Below, one piece after another: positions 13,352-27,224 of a DNA stretch of 64,000 bases. This stretch comes from Chrysomallon squamiferum (Eukaryota; Animalia; Mollusca): contig CM022679.1 of the NCBI GenBank assembly GCA_012295275.1, positions 7,688,001 to 7,752,000 of the forward strand. Direction: 5' to 3'. The notes beneath the pieces are model-generated. The model saw nothing but the letters and a program-made list of their open reading frames with translations, was not told the origin of the DNA and did not search any database. The stretch's first letter is position 1. Each line of letters begins with the position of its first letter. The translations under genes were made by a program, and so were the position numbers.

Positions 13352-16300
13352 TAAAAAATAATACAAATTAAAAAAATACAATAACTATTGTCAGTTAAAC
13401 AGCAATTAAAATGCAAAACTGAAGTTAAATTTGCATGTTCAGGAAACTAATAATTTCAGTGTCGTTAAACAAAACGTACTTGTAGTATTCATTAGTGCCA
13501 TGAGCATCACAGAAATGACAGAAGTAATGGTCCTTCCTGAGATGAGCGTGCAACTCATCTTTATCCATGTATCGCTCATCGCAGAACTCGCACAGTGGAT
13601 GACCTTTGTACGACTTGTCGTCTGGGTCACCAGAACGTCGATGTACGACGAGATCTTTCCGAGAATAGAATTTCCGCTCAGAGGAAAACAGCTGCAAATA
13701 TTTGAAAATATTTTCAAATTTTGTTTTTGTACAGGATGGAATATTTATTTATAATCACCCATCTAAAGAAAATACGTGTGATAAATATTTGTTTAAAAGA
13801 TAGTTATGATAAATGTTTAGGAGACTCTTATGATAAATGTTTAAAAGACACTTATGATAAATACTTTCCAAAATGAAAATAAAAGTTTTTTAAATTTGAA
13901 TAAATAAACACTGATGTGGGAAATATTTGTTCAAATGAGAAGCAATTAGTATATAAAATATACATAACTATGGTTTAAATATTTCTAAAATAATTATAAT
14001 AAAGATATAAAATTATAACAATGATTCACCAGTAGCCAATTTTACTCCTATTCCTCAGAAATTACTTAAAGAAATAAAATCGGCACATATTTTTATGTTT
14101 ATTCTAAATTATTGTTATTACACAATTATTACAAAGGAGATTTAACTTTATATTTACAAACTATGTTCAAGTTACATTCTTCACTAAATACGTGTTTGAA
14201 TTTAAATTTAGAAACAATAAATAATTTAGACTGTGGTATTCTTTCAATCAATTTGATTGACATTAAAGGTAAACTATATTTCTGTGGTTGTTTTTAAATG
14301 ATTCATATTGTTACCTGAAGATTCTTAAGACAAAGGTCACATGAGAGTAATGAATGTTCCTTCCGCATGTGATCTTTCAGTGCTTGAAATGAGGGTTCAG
14401 GATTTCGATCTGGACACAAATAGCAGCGGTTTTCCAGCAATTTGAAATACAACTGTCTCGTTTCTTGAGTATCAAAAAATATTTTATGCTTCCAGTAGGG
14501 TATGAATTTTTTTCTGTTGCATTCAGAAAACTTCCTCAGATTTGTCATAAACAAAACCTGAAAATAAACAACAGCTTTATCTGTAACTGTAAAAGAGATC
14601 TGTAAATACAAAACAATACTGTAAAGCATATTTTTTATATAGTTCTCAGAATAATTATAATTAATATTCAGTTTCTGCAACCTGTTTTATTTACTGAAGT
14701 AATGTAATACTTCAAACAATTCTAGACAACATATGCCCAAGGGATCCCATAACCAATATAACTGGAACCAAAGACAACTCATACACAAGGCACTTTGTAC
14801 CCAGGTCTGAGATGACTCAAAACAACAAGTTAAGATAATTCGTACCCAAAACACTTTGAAGTCTGTATTTGGTGGCACTTATTTTATTAGCTGAATTTTG
14901 AATCTGCCAAACAATAAAAATAAATAAAAAATAGGACTGCCCATGTACATAGTAATAACGTGCCTATGTTGCAAAAATAGGGCAAATCCAGTATGTTTCT
15001 GTTATACAGCTAGATAGATAGACAGATACATAGCTGTATCACTGTATGTATATACGTATAACATAGGTATAAATAGTGCAACAATATATCAATTTCAATT
15101 TAATATTCAGTTCATTAACATACCAGACAAACTACAAGAGTAATAAAAATATTAGTTATACAATAATGTAGTTTACCCATAGTAACAAGCACAAACAAGC
15201 AGGTGAAAAAATCCTGTTTTTAAAAATACCAAAAAAACAACAACAAAAAAAACATTATATTTTTGCAGTTGATCGTCTACATATACAAAATAAATATTTA
15301 CATATATGCACTGAACATGTATACAGAGCACTTCAACACAGTAATTAAATTACATGACAAATTAAAAAAAAATTAACTAAAATAATGATCAAAGTTCACT
15401 TTTCTTTAAAAGAAATATTTTAGGTGAAGAAGTTATCGGATTTTTTTTTGATTTTTTTTTTTGACTATACGAATAATTTTCTGCTGCATTAAAGACCATA
15501 ACGACATTAATTACTGGCAACAAGATATGGTAGGAAGTGTTGTGCTGCCTTTATTTTATCTAAACACTGTTAATAGTTTTTTAATAGTGCTGAAAGTATA
15601 ACATATTAATTTTTTTTTTATATACTAAATAACTGCTGAGCCAAAGAATGATAAAGAAGATTAGTTTTTCCTGTTTCTATTCATAATCAGCAACAAAAGT
15701 TTAAAATGAATCACATTCATTTAAATGGCATAAAAGTATGTGGAAAAAAACATGATAAGGGCAAGTATGCTTTTGAGATCATTAGTATGGGATTAGTATA
15801 TTTCATGGTTTCTTATTAATTTATTTTTTTATCCATTTATGATTGTAATTTTTAGATTAACACCATCTGCCATTCTTTCTCAGTATGCAGCCATGTTACG
15901 ATTATACACTTTATGCTATCTCTGCTTTTCCTGAGATCTCGAATAGCAGCAGACAGGGCAAGAACTGTCAGAAAATTACCTGCTGAAAGCTTATAAATAA
16001 ATTTCTATTAAACACAGGTATCCTCAATTGTCCTGTGAAAAAAGTGTAAAATGGGCCTTATAGAGTCATGCAAGAAAACTTAGCATGTGAATGATTTTTT
16101 TTAAAAATACGTATGCATTCATTAGAGTCCATTTATTTAATTTCACTTCTGCCAAATTTATGGAAATCAATCGTTGTGAACATGGTTTATCTGAATGCAA
16201 CACTTTGTTACGGTAATGGGTATTTCTGTTTGGCCATAATGAGGTCACATTAACCAAATGCTGCCCTCTGATTGGTTGATGGTTTTTGCTTACCTCATTT

Positions 16301-17290
16301 TAAAAATAGGTGAATTATGATAGCGTTTGCTTACCTTATTTTTAAACTATGTGAATTATGATAGTGTTACCTTATTTATAAACTATGTGAATGTTTTAGT
16401 TTATACTCTAATTCTGTTCTCCACAATTTTTCATTTTTTATTGAATTTTCCTTTGGCTTCAGCTAAATTATGTAAATATAAAATTATGTACACTTCTCTT
16501 TTTTCATTAAGGATATATAGGCGTTTTTGTCTGGATCACAGTATTTGGCCAATTAACATATTAAAACAATAGGAAGAAAACTGGTACATTTTCGAGCATC
16601 TAAAATTGCCATAACTCCAACACTTTTCAAGATATTTCAAAAACTTTGGTCTGATTGTGTTTCTTTCTTAATTTTCTGGTTTCTGACAGTTAAATGTTTC
16701 TGTAATATACCTACAGTTTATTTATTTATTCAAAAGGACAGGGTTTGCAGTTAACATATCCTGTATCTGTCTTCTTTTTTTTTTTTCTTGTCATAGGTTC
16801 TGGGCATCTTGTTAACATTTTAATCAAAGTGTCATCTGACTCATTTAATAATTAGTTTGAAATGTAAACTTCTTTCATCAAAATTGACATCCACTTTAGA
16901 AACTAATACTGTAACAGTCGTAAGACAGCACTTCTCTAGCATTTGTTTTAATTTTACTTTAACTTTTTTTGATGGAGGAATGAAATTATGTGCTTTAAAC
17001 ATCAATCAAAATCATATTATTGCTTTAACGTTTAACGTAAGCTGATTAAACAGGCGGTATCTATCCATAAAATGCATCAATACAAAAAATTAAAAAAAAA
17101 AAAAAAAATGTTATAATTATACCTCGGACAAATCACTTCTACAAATCGCACAGTATAACTGTTTGCAGAGAATTCGCATTCTAGTCAAACATCTGTAGCA
17201 GATGGGATGGTCGCAGGGTCCAACTGCCCAAACAGAAGTGTGCTCGTGGCAAACGGTGCAAGAATTTTCTGAAGATTCCTGTCTTTCCAT
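9660..17290 (-). CDS. ZNF598: E3 ubiquitin ligase ZNF598/Hel2 (ribosome-collision sensor), 957 aa. Exons: 17123-17290, 14315-14557, 13480-13691, 12330-12559, 11870-11963, 9660-11586
   Basis: N-terminal C3HC4 RING (CTVC...CDHPICYRC...MRILC...CAICR), C2H2 fingers including GHPLCEFC...ELHAHLRKDHYFCHFCD, a long low-complexity region with PPPG(F/L) motifs, and a C-terminal LLPDIQKQQELL helix plus a final zinc finger. All introns are GT-AG with matching phases (2874 nt total). Confidence 0.95.
11870..11963 (-). CDS. ZNF598: ZNF598 exon 5
   Basis: ttgtag|GC MVSREDFTDSAVSDGRNVHQRQQRPPRQHE+AG|GTAAAT. Supplies the phase 1 to phase 2 bridge needed between exons 4 and 6. Confidence 0.85.
12330..12559 (-). 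CDS. ZNF598: ZNF598 exon 4
   Basis: tttcag|T DYLNLREHFKAGHYLCEEGQC...AFRSEIDLKAHFAQEH...ER+G|GTAAAA. Confidence 0.92.
13480..13691 (-). CDS. ZNF598: ZNF598 exon 3
   Basis: ttgcag|LFSSERKFY...GHPLCEFC...CHFCD...EYY+AA|GTACGT. Confidence 0.93.
13778..13865. repeat. Short tandem repeat, about 24 bp x3-4 (TTATGATAAATGTTTA...)
   Basis: Directly visible in ZNF598 intron 2. Confidence 0.7.
14315..14557 (-). CDS. ZNF598: ZNF598 exon 2
   Basis: tttcag|VLFMTNL...CYLC...LKDHMRKEHSLLSCDLCLKNLQ|GTAAC, phase 0/0. Confidence 0.9.
16287..16393. repeat. Tandem repeat, about 36-41 bp x3 (TTACCTTATTTTTAAACTATGTGAATTATGATAG)
   Basis: Directly visible in ZNF598 intron 1. Confidence 0.75.
17123..17290 (-). CDS. 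ZNF598: ZNF598 exon 1 (RING finger)
   Basis: MERQESSENSCTVCHEHTSVWAVGPCDHPICYRCLTRMRILCKQLYCAICRSDLSE|GTATAA. Confidence 0.93.
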
Positions 17291-18247
17291 TTTATTTCAG
17301 AATGATATTTTCTTAACTGTAGATATATTTAAACTATATTGAAATTACACCGTTATATATGTACTACGCCAAATTCTGAGATCTTACGAAAGTGAAGGTA
17401 ACAGTCAGCTTTCTGTTTCTAAATAGTTTCCGTGGTATGGCGCAATATAACATTAAACGTCACCAATTTCGGCTAATAAACTGTAGCTTTGAAAGTGTTC
17501 CGCATTCGGTGTACATTTACGCGCCAGTCATTGGTCCATTTGGAATGTTTAATTTAATTCAGTGTAATTTCTCAAATTTTTTATCTTCTTCTTTTTATTA
17601 TTATTACTATTATTATTTATTTATTTTTATTTATTATTATTTTTTATCATCAATATAATATCTTAGGAATTTTTAAATTTTAAAAATATTTTTTAAAGGC
17701 CTAAAAAAAACAAATTGTAGATTCTGATTTACTTTTTTAACATTACTCCTTTTTTTTTTCCCCTTCTTTTCGGTTAGTTACGTAGAAATGTTCTGAAATA
17801 TTTTAAAATAATATTTTATGTAAATATATACAAAACTAATTCTAAAATAAGAATATTACACTTGTGGGTCGAAATTAAGTTATAGACTGGTTATGAACGG
17901 AATTCATCCATATGAAATCCTTTAATGTTTTGCGTGACTCAAAACTAAAAAACTGGTGGACAATTAATCTATGCAGAAAAGTGATTTAATAAATAATTAT
18001 TGTCTAAATAATATACTGAACACGAAATAAATTAACAAAATGAACAAAACAATTAATTATTTAATACAATACTGCAACAATGTCATTACGTTATTATTTT
18101 CAAAAACAAAACGTTTTCCCCGTGACGTCTAAGTTTATGCACATTACTTAGACTGGGTTTTAAGCATACATTTACGTATTGTTGATTCTTGTACAGCAAA
18201 GCGTAAGATTGTCAGTTTCTAGTGTATAACATTATTCAGCTAAAGCA
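17291..18247. promoter_or_regulatory. Bidirectional promoter region between ZNF598 and synaptogyrin
   Basis: Divergent ATGs separated by 957 bp. CpG-containing patches at about 17350-17540 (CCAAT on both strands) and about 18110-18180 (GTGACGTC). Confidence 0.7.
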
Positions 18248-18364
18248 ATGATGTCGAATCCTGCGGTCGGAGGTACTGCCTATGGTGCTGGAAAGGCCGG
18301 TGGGCCGTTTGATCCAGTAGAATATATTAAAAAGCCTCAAGTTATACTAAGATTAGTTAGTTTG
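18248..18364 (+). CDS. SYNGR: Synaptogyrin exon 1
   Basis: MMSNPAVGGTAYGAGKAGGPFDPVEYIKKPQVILRLVSL|GTAAGT. Confidence 0.93.
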
Positions 18365-18675
18365 GTAAGTTTATAATACTCGAATTTATTATGCCGTTTT
18401 GCCAAGAATGTTTCTGTTCAGTTCCGGCTATTTCGCATTATCGATTCTTTCGGGCCTTGTAATAAACTCAACAGACAACTGTTCTGGCCAGTGTTTCTGT
18501 TGTTAAAAATGTTATTGTCACTTGTATATACGAATTTAGATTACATCTTAACAAATTCTTTGAAATCAAACAAATAATCGCAATTACTACTAAAGAAAAA
18601 TTTGTAAATGTGTCAATCGTTAAAATGGCCCAAATTGTCGTTTTAAAGAAATCGGAAATGTATCCAATTTTGGAA

Positions 18676-18737
<62 letters not shown>

Positions 18738-21700
18738 ATAATAATAATAATAATAATAATATGGGTAGAACTGTTGCCAACAGTATATAACTGACAATTT
18801 CTATAGAAGATCATTTTCCAATAATCCACAAAATAGACCAAATATTTATGACATAATCTTTTGAGAAATTAAAGAAAAGGTAGGAGGGAAAAAAACACCG
18901 CCATTGGTTTCATTCCAGCATACAGAATTTCACAAAGAACATTTTATAAGCTAAATTATGTAATGTAATCATGTGTATTTGGCAAATCCTCAGTTTAAAC
19001 TACTATTCTGTCATTACCATTAAGCCTTCTTTTTTATTATTATTATTAACATCCAAAATTATCAAGGTACTTCTGATATCATGGACTTCTTTTGTCAGAT
19101 TTCACCATTATCATATAGGAGAAAATAGAAGCTTTGATTTTGGTCAGTATTTTCAGTAACTTGCTGTGAAATATATACAAATTAATGACAATTTATTACA
19201 TATTTTTTAATAAAGGAGACAAAATAAATATATATGGAACAGTTTCATGCTGTATTTTAGCTTTTTTGTTTTTATTTTTTAAATGACTGACTTTATTCAA
19301 AGAAACTGGCAATTTTCAACTTTGTAAATTATATACATTAAGTCAAAATATTAAAATTTAAAAAAATGAATACTAGCAACAAGGCACACATCAGTCAACA
19401 CAAAAATATCAATTACTTCTGATTTTTTTTTTTTTGTTTATCATTATATTCTTATATGTAAATAGTAATCCACATAATTTAGAAAATATAAATAAATTTT
19501 TACATTAAGTTCTAATTTATTATTTTTAATAATCAAATGAAAAATCTTTAACAGCATATATAACACACATTAATTAGGTAATGTTTATGTATACAATATA
19601 CTTATATTTTTTAATTCAAGAAAGCTGGATAACATATAACAGAATTTTATATTAATAATTACTACTGGTATGTATCGGATGTGTTATTTTCTAATAGATT
19701 TGTTCTTAAATACATCTGTTCTTTTTTTAAGAAATATTAAAAACATAATAATGACACATATATATAAATGGGATGTTGTTAATGTAATTTACTTACTAAT
19801 AGTTGAAATGCAATATTTAAAATTAATAACAGAACCATGTTTAACCTGTACAATAATGCACATGATATATATATATATATTAATATTAATCTGGCATAAC
19901 AATTTTAAAAAAAGTTTTCAGTAAAAACTAATTTCAGACCTGAGTAAAGACATTTATTACTCACTTTTTAAGTAAAATGAATGTATGATTGTTTAACAGT
20001 ATACATTCAGTTACTGTGTCAGGTGTACATTTTCTTGTGTAATGATAAGAGAAAAATCAAATATTAATGTCACATTTCAGATTCTGTTAATAATTAAAAG
20101 CAGGGGACTTTAATATTGAAAGTTTTCCATAGAACAAATAATAATGAATTAGCTCCTGTTCCCATTGCAAGTCACTACTTGGTAAAAAAAAATACTTTAT
20201 AAAATTTCTTTTGTGGTGTTTGTAATTTGTAATTTGAATTTTTTTTTATTTTTTCTTTTTTTAAATTTTTTTTTGGATTTAATTAGTATTTGACAGATTC
20301 GAGACATACACATTAATGTGCTAACTGCCAAAAATACTTCATATATACATTTCCTTTCATACTTGCTTTTAAAAATGTGCATGTATGTATTTATATATAT
20401 GTGTATGTGTGTCTGTAGACATTAACAGACGTTTGTTTTATTTTGCAGCTGTTTTCTATTATCGTATTCAGCTGCCTCTTGTCAGGTGGGTCATTTGCCC
20501 ACCAGTGTCAGATGAGTGGGGACAGCAATGCTTGTGGTTACGGAACTGGTATTGGTTTTCTTGCCTTCCTGATCTGTATTGCCTTCTTGATCATAGACGC
20601 ACTTTTTGATAACCTGAGCAGTGTCCAGCACAGGAAGTATGCAGTCATAGCAGATCTCTCTCTGTCAGGTATTAAAATTAAGTCAAATGTTCACACAGAG
20701 AAAAAAACCAACAAATCTGTCACATATACATATTTTATTGATTATTTTTTTTATTATTATTAATTATCAATTAATATAATTACTTCATGTATTTTTTTCA
20801 ATCCATTATTAATATAATTACTTGGACTTTTTTTTTTTCAATTCATCATTAATATATTTTTTTGTTTTATCAATTTATATAATATTTATGTGTGCGTATG
20901 TATATATATATATATATTTTGTTTTTGTTTTGTTTTGCTCTGTGTTTTAATATAAAAAAAAAAAAATTTATATCATTTAATTGTTTTGATTGTTTTTTTG
21001 TTGGTGCATTTTTTGTTTTTTGTTTAATCATCATTATATTCTTTAGGTTTAAAAAAGTACTTACACAACTGCATTTATGGAATTTGTAAAAAATAAATGA
21101 ATTTCAAAAGCTGTATATAGAAACATAAAAAAATATTTTTTGTTTATAAACCTTATTCCATATTTCTATAATCAAAAAAAGTAAAAATATGTCAGGCTTT
21201 TTTTCACCAATAAAAATTACTTTAATCATAATAAAAATATTTTTTTAGAATTATTACCAGCCATTAATTAAATAAGTTGTTTGATAACTTAGTGACATTA
21301 ATTAGATAAATCAATGTTTTTATTAAATAAATAAATCCGTATTTGTCCATCTGTGTGTATATATGTATGTATTTAGTTAGTTATTTTTTTTTTTTTTTTT
21401 TATATTTTTTTTTTAAATTTATTTATTAAAAGAATACATAGCAGTGACAACACATTAGAAAGCAACTTTAATACTATTCATGTTTTTTTTGTTGTTGTTT
21501 TTTTGATACAAAAGGTCTGTGGACCTTCCTCTGGTTTGTTGGCTTCTGCTACATGACTAACAAGTGGGTCAATACAGACACTACAGCTGACTACTACAAC
21601 AAACGTGGACATGGCAGAGACGACATTCAGGCAGCCATAGCATTTTCATTTTTCTCCATCGCTACATGGGTAAGTAGTAAAGTGCTTGTAGGTTATTTTT

Positions 21701-22631
21701 AACTTGCTTCCGTCATCCTTTTTTTTTTTTTTTTTTCCCCCCTAATCACTATATTGATAAAGAGAGAAATCTGCTTGTAGATCAGTTTTAACTTGTTACC
21801 ACCAAGGAAGGATGTTCATACAGATGCTTGTGAAAATGCTTGACAGACTGAGTAACCGTAAACTATAGTTTTTTTAGTGGGGGTTCATAACTAGTCTGTT
21901 AATGTTGAAAGTTTATCACATATTTAATTACATTTTTTAGACTATATTTCTCAGGTTTGAGTTATACCTTTTCCATTATTTCTAGCTTTTCTTTTTTTTA
22001 TATGCAGACATTGTGTTTGTAAATTACCATATGTATATTCCATATCTGACATGCACATTTATACCAGGATGTTTTGCATTTTGTTAACATTTATATGAAA
22101 GAAACCAAAACATTGAAATGTTTTCTTTTCGGTAACATTTATACCAAATAAGCTGATGCATTCAGATATTTACATTTCAGTTAACATTTAACCAAATAAA
22201 TTATAGCATATTTATGTTTCATTAAACTGGCACACACATTTAATATATTATTGACAATTACACCAGAATGAACCGCTGCTGCATTCTGTTATTTGTGTTT
22301 CATTAACATTTATACCAAAAATGGATTGTGGCTACAGTCAGCAGCACATGATTATTATTATTATTATTTTTCATTAAACGTTCTGTTTATAACATAAACC
22401 AAATTTATCAATTTTTTAAAAAATTTTTTTTGTCAGGCTGGACTGACATTCTTCGCAATCCGGCGCTATCGAGCTGGGGCTCAGGACGTCTTTACTTCAG
22501 GCTACGAGCCCGACCCCAACGCCTCCTCCCCTTACTCGTCGTTTCCAGGAAGTGACACCGGTGACCCCTACCAGCAGCCACCGTTCAGCCAGCAGAAGGA
22601 AGTACCTGACTACCAGGCTCCCACTTACTGA
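18248..22631 (+). CDS. SYNGR: Synaptogyrin (MARVEL-domain vesicle protein), 228 aa. Exons: 18248-18364, 20449-20668, 21515-21669, 22437-22631
   Basis: Signature AYGAGKAGGPFDP...KPQVILR, four TMs, luminal Cys pair, GLWTFLWFVGFCY, QAAIAFSFFSIATW, and a Y/P/Q-rich tail ending YQAPTY. Phases are consistent (687 nt). Confidence 0.96.
18676..18762. repeat. Compound (TAC)n-(TAA)n microsatellite
   Basis: Directly visible. Confidence 0.95.
20449..20668 (+). CDS. SYNGR: Synaptogyrin exon 2
   Basis: ttgcag|LFSIIVFSC...RKYAVIADLSLS+G|GTATT. Confidence 0.93.
21515..21669 (+). CDS. SYNGR: Synaptogyrin exon 3
   Basis: aaag|GT LWTFLWFVGFCY...FFSIATW|GTAAGT. Confidence 0.92.
22050..22325. repeat. Degenerate tandem repeat with core TTAACATTTATACCAAA, about 6 copies
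   Basis: The core recurs at about 22054, 22084, 22132, 22181, 22235 and 22303 in synaptogyrin intron 3. Confidence 0.6.
22437..22631 (+). CDS. SYNGR: Synaptogyrin exon 4
   Basis: tgtcag|AGLTFFAIRRYRAG...PDYQAPTY*. Confidence 0.92.
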   Translation, partial: AGLTFFAIRRYRAGAQDVFTSGYEPDPNASSPYSSFPGSDTGDPYQQPPFSQQKEVPDYQAPTY

Positions 22632-23394
22632 GTTTCGTGTCTCCGCATTCCAAACCAGTTTAGAACTGACGGAGGATGCTATTTCTTGTCCGTTGCACCA
22701 ATTAGAAGCTCAGATTGGCAAAACAGTGTTTTTCTTTGTTTATATATGTTTTTCAGACTTGTTTATACACACTTTTAATTTTAAAAAAAATTTGTTTTTA
22801 AATATATGTAAGTATATATATATATATATGTTTGTTTTGTTTATGATTTTTGTTACCATTTCTTAGTATCTTTGCGTTAGTGAGAATAATATTATCCTGT
22901 TTGTGATAACTCCTTTTTCCTGTGATATATTCACATTACTCCATTATGTTTATCAATTAAATGATTTTGTTTATTTTGAAGCTATAGTCTCGTCATTAGC
23001 TAGTTTCCAAATCAAATATTTTAGTTTGTTAATTTATTCCACGTAATGTAAATATTTTGTTTATCTTATTTTACAATCAGTATTGTTTAAATCACTGAAA
23101 TATTTTTTTTATTTTAGAGACTGCAAAGTTATTCTTTTTAGTGAAGTTTTCTTTAATTTTATGCTAAAATACATTTGATGACGGCATCATGTAAGTAATC
23201 TTGAAGTCTGATTTGTCAATCTCTGCTTTGTTCTGACTGGTGCAGCCAGACAGCAAGCATCATTTCAGGGATTTTTAATGTCGAGTTTAAATGTCAAGTT
23301 GAAAAGAATAGTTATCAGTAGTATGATTGGTGGTGTTTGTTTTCATACTTTGCATCAGATGTCCTAGAAATCGCACAATGGTCAATTAAATCAG

Positions 23395-23428
<34 letters not shown>

Positions 23429-26400
23429 AAATTTACGTAATTGTTCATTAAATTTATCCACGTTTTAAAATATTCTGAACTCATAAGATCTGTTTTATAT
23501 GGTATGACAGAAATTGATAAAAAGGTTTATTACCATCCTGGAAATTAAAATTTTATTACCCTTATGGAAATTTTAAAAAATACGTATATATTTTTAAAAA
23601 AAACAGAAATTTAAAAGGATGTTGTATCTAAATGCTGGACATAAAGCTATATTATTATGGTTGTCAGTTTTATGTAGGCTAACATCACAGGCTTGTAACA
23701 TTTTTATATATACGATGCTGTAAATGGAGTTACATATCTTTCTCTCAACAAAAGCTTCTGTTGATTTTATTTCATCAGAAAGGAGCATAGTCTGTCATTG
23801 TTGTCTTTCTGAAAGATTGATGTCGATGTACTGAGAACAGCACCACACACAAGTATTGGAATAGACTCATATATTCTTGGCTGTTGTTTCGAAGTAGCAT
23901 CATGAACGTTGTCCTGGTTTGTCTGTTGTTGTACATAGAAAACAAGCTGTATGATTGGTCATAGGTTAAACAGCCTCATACTGTTAACTAACAGTTCATT
24001 GGTCATAATTTTGTTTCTAGTTGTTATGATTGGACAGAGGTTTATTAACAAGCAATCCTGTTGGTTAAATATTTGATACAGATCTAAAGAAGCATTCTGA
24101 TTGGTCAGAGGTATTTGGCAGAAGTTGTTAATAGATTTAATTGCTGTTTGATCTTCCCCTGGTCTTGGTTGTCATCATAATTCACTATTGTTTTTATTGC
24201 AAACTGGCTGTTTTGTTTTCTTCCAGCGTTTACTCATATTTTGTGATTTCTATATTAAAATTCATTGCCATAATCTCACTGAGTATATAAATATTTATGT
24301 TTACTAGTAAATGCTGTTCATGAAATTTTATACCTGATTGCTTTGAAATGTATTAATCCTTCTCTTAAAAAAAAGATTGTAAAAGTTTTGTGGTTGTTTT
24401 CATGCAAGATTGATTCTTCAGATTTAATAATAGGTGCTCCTTAATACCACTAAAATAACAATTTTAAATTTTCCACATTTTTGTTTTCTTATGATGTTAC
24501 ACATCCCAGGTAATTTTAGTTCTGAATGCTAAATTAAATTTCACACAACTAACAGTTTGTTATTATCATACGTAAATGTTACAAAATTTAATTATTTGAA
24601 AGATAATAAATTCTGTTCAAATAAATTTCACGTGATACTTTATATCACTACTGAACTCATCAATATTTTCTTTAATCTCAGAAAAAGAAACATACCTGAC
24701 ATTCAGTTTTGAAATTTTGAAATTTTAACCAATTTTTTAAAAATCAATATTCTTAATGTTTTAATTGAGTGTACAAACAAGGTAACACAAATGTGCGTGT
24801 AGATATATTTATATCTCATTAAGTAGCATAATTAAGTTCATAATGGTACTGTAATTGTTTCCACATATATATTCCAGGTTTCTTCTACACTGATGTTAGC
24901 CTTGATGTGCCCATCTTGTTATAAATGACTAATTTGTTATATGGATAAGGCCAGGTTTTTTTTTTTTTAGTTTTTTTAATATATTTATATTACTTTGATG
25001 TCATTGCTCCATTTCATGGATGTTGCTTGTGTTAATGAATACTGGGTTAAATTATGTTGCTGATATGCTTATCGTTTTGTTTGTTTAAAAAGATTTAGTT
25101 TTGGGTGGTTTTTGTCCTTTGTATTTTTCTTATAATTTATTAACTGTTAATGTAATTATAGTATATCATTTTTGTGGTTGTAGGCATTCCATTAAAAACA
25201 TTTGTGTGGGTTTGTTTTTTTGGTTTTTTTTTTTTTTTTTTGTTGCTATATTTCATCCAAACCAATATTCAGTGGAAAATTTGTTTTTTGATTGAACTTG
25301 TTTATATATGTATATTATATTTAACTCTATTCTACACACACAGGCACTCAGACAAACATACAGCCAGAGAGACAGTCACAGTTACTTGGTTTCAAACATA
25401 ATATAAACATAAATGTATACACTTTTTGCTTTTGTTTCTCTACTTTGTTTTGGTTAACTTTTGTTTTGCTATCGTCATTTTTCATGATGTGATTGTTGTT
25501 TTGGAATGATTTGTTTTGTTTTACATTTTCGACTTGATTGTTTATAACACATCATACACACATTGAAATAAATTTAGAAAAACTATTATATACTTTTAAA
25601 AAATTTCATTTTTATTGTATATATTTGTAGGGTATGCGTTTGTACATATATACAACATTATTTGTATGGTTATTTTAATCATTTACATCTCAAAAATTTA
25701 TTTATTTATTTTACTGTTGCTATTTTATTTTAATTATTTTATTATTTTATTTTTGTTATTATTATTATTTTTTTTTTTTTACATCACATAAATAAATTAA
25801 AAAATTGGAAATTTTCCCACCATTTTATATACAAACAACAGTAAAATCATGTTTAATCCCACAACTGTGGAATCACTTCTTTCAGAAACTTACATTACGA
25901 TTTACAGTTAATCTCAACCTTTTTTTTTTTGTTTTTGTTCTAGTTTTCTTTTGTTTGTTTCTTTGATCTATGATTTTGTTAAATATCATTAACGAATTCA
26001 TTTTATTTGCCAGATGTTAATACCTTGCCATATATGTCGACTTAATAAAATTAATTATTACAAATCATTGCATAATAATAAGCCCTACATTTTAATCAGT
26101 AAAATTTGCACATTTCATGTAGATAATAAGTGTCACTATGTAACAAAAATTTTTTTTTTTTTAAAGAATGATGTATGATTCAAGTAATGAAAAACAGAAT
26201 GATTTATTAATTATTACTGAAAAAAGCAACAACAGTTTTCCTTATTTAAAATAATAATATAATAATATAATAAAATAAATCATGAAGAAACATATATTGT
26301 ATGAAATAACTGATGTGATGTATTAAACATCATTAATCAGTATTGATAGTCCATTTAGAGTTATACTTACAAATTTGTGAAGAACCTGCCATATTTTGAT

Positions 26401-27224
26401 GTAATTTCATTTTATCTATAAAATACATAAAATTATATTAACTGATCTTTATTGTGAGAAGTTTTTAAAACATTATTTAGAATTATCGGAAATAAAATAA
26501 ATTTATCATTTCAATAATGAAATCCATTGGACGGCTAAAATTAGACTGTTATACTAACAAATACTGAAGTAAGTTTATTTATTTTAAGTAACTGAACATT
26601 CATTTATTGTTACTGGTGTAAAATAAAAATTTGTAGTGTGTTTTATTTATACAAAATTATTTCTAGATATCCTTGTGATGCAATACTTCAAAAAATGTCA
26701 TTCCATTTGTGTATAGTTTTCTGTATTGTTAAATCCACTGTTTGTAGAAAGTAGGTGTGTCAGTAAATGTAAGTAGATGTGAACATCTGGTGTATATTAT
26801 AGTAGATGGAAGAATTCTCTCAGTGTTTTTATTACTTTTCTTCAGCAACGATCCATTGCATGTTGTATTTGTTCACAAAATACCATCAAAAAAACCTGTG
26901 TTATCAAAATGGTAAATTCTCGCATGCAAATGTTGAAAAATATTGAAACAAATCGTTATTTCAAGAAATAATATGCCTGCTTTCAGTCACTTGATGAAAA
27001 TAAAATTTGCAGCCTAAGGTGCTTTTAACAAATAATAATAATGCAAACTAAATGTTTTAAATTACTTAAAGGATTTGTCTTCATTGTGTAGAGTAGGAGA
27101 TCCTAGCTGCATCTTGTAGTGAGTTTGAATGTATTATAACGTTTGTATATGTGGACATCAACATAATTTATTATTATCATTGTCAAATAGAATAGAGTTT
27201 ATTTGAATGGCAGCTTGTTACCAA

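Noticed and set aside
9677-13754. Several antisense or alternate-frame ORFs over ZNF598
   Set aside because: These are shadows of the real coding exons.
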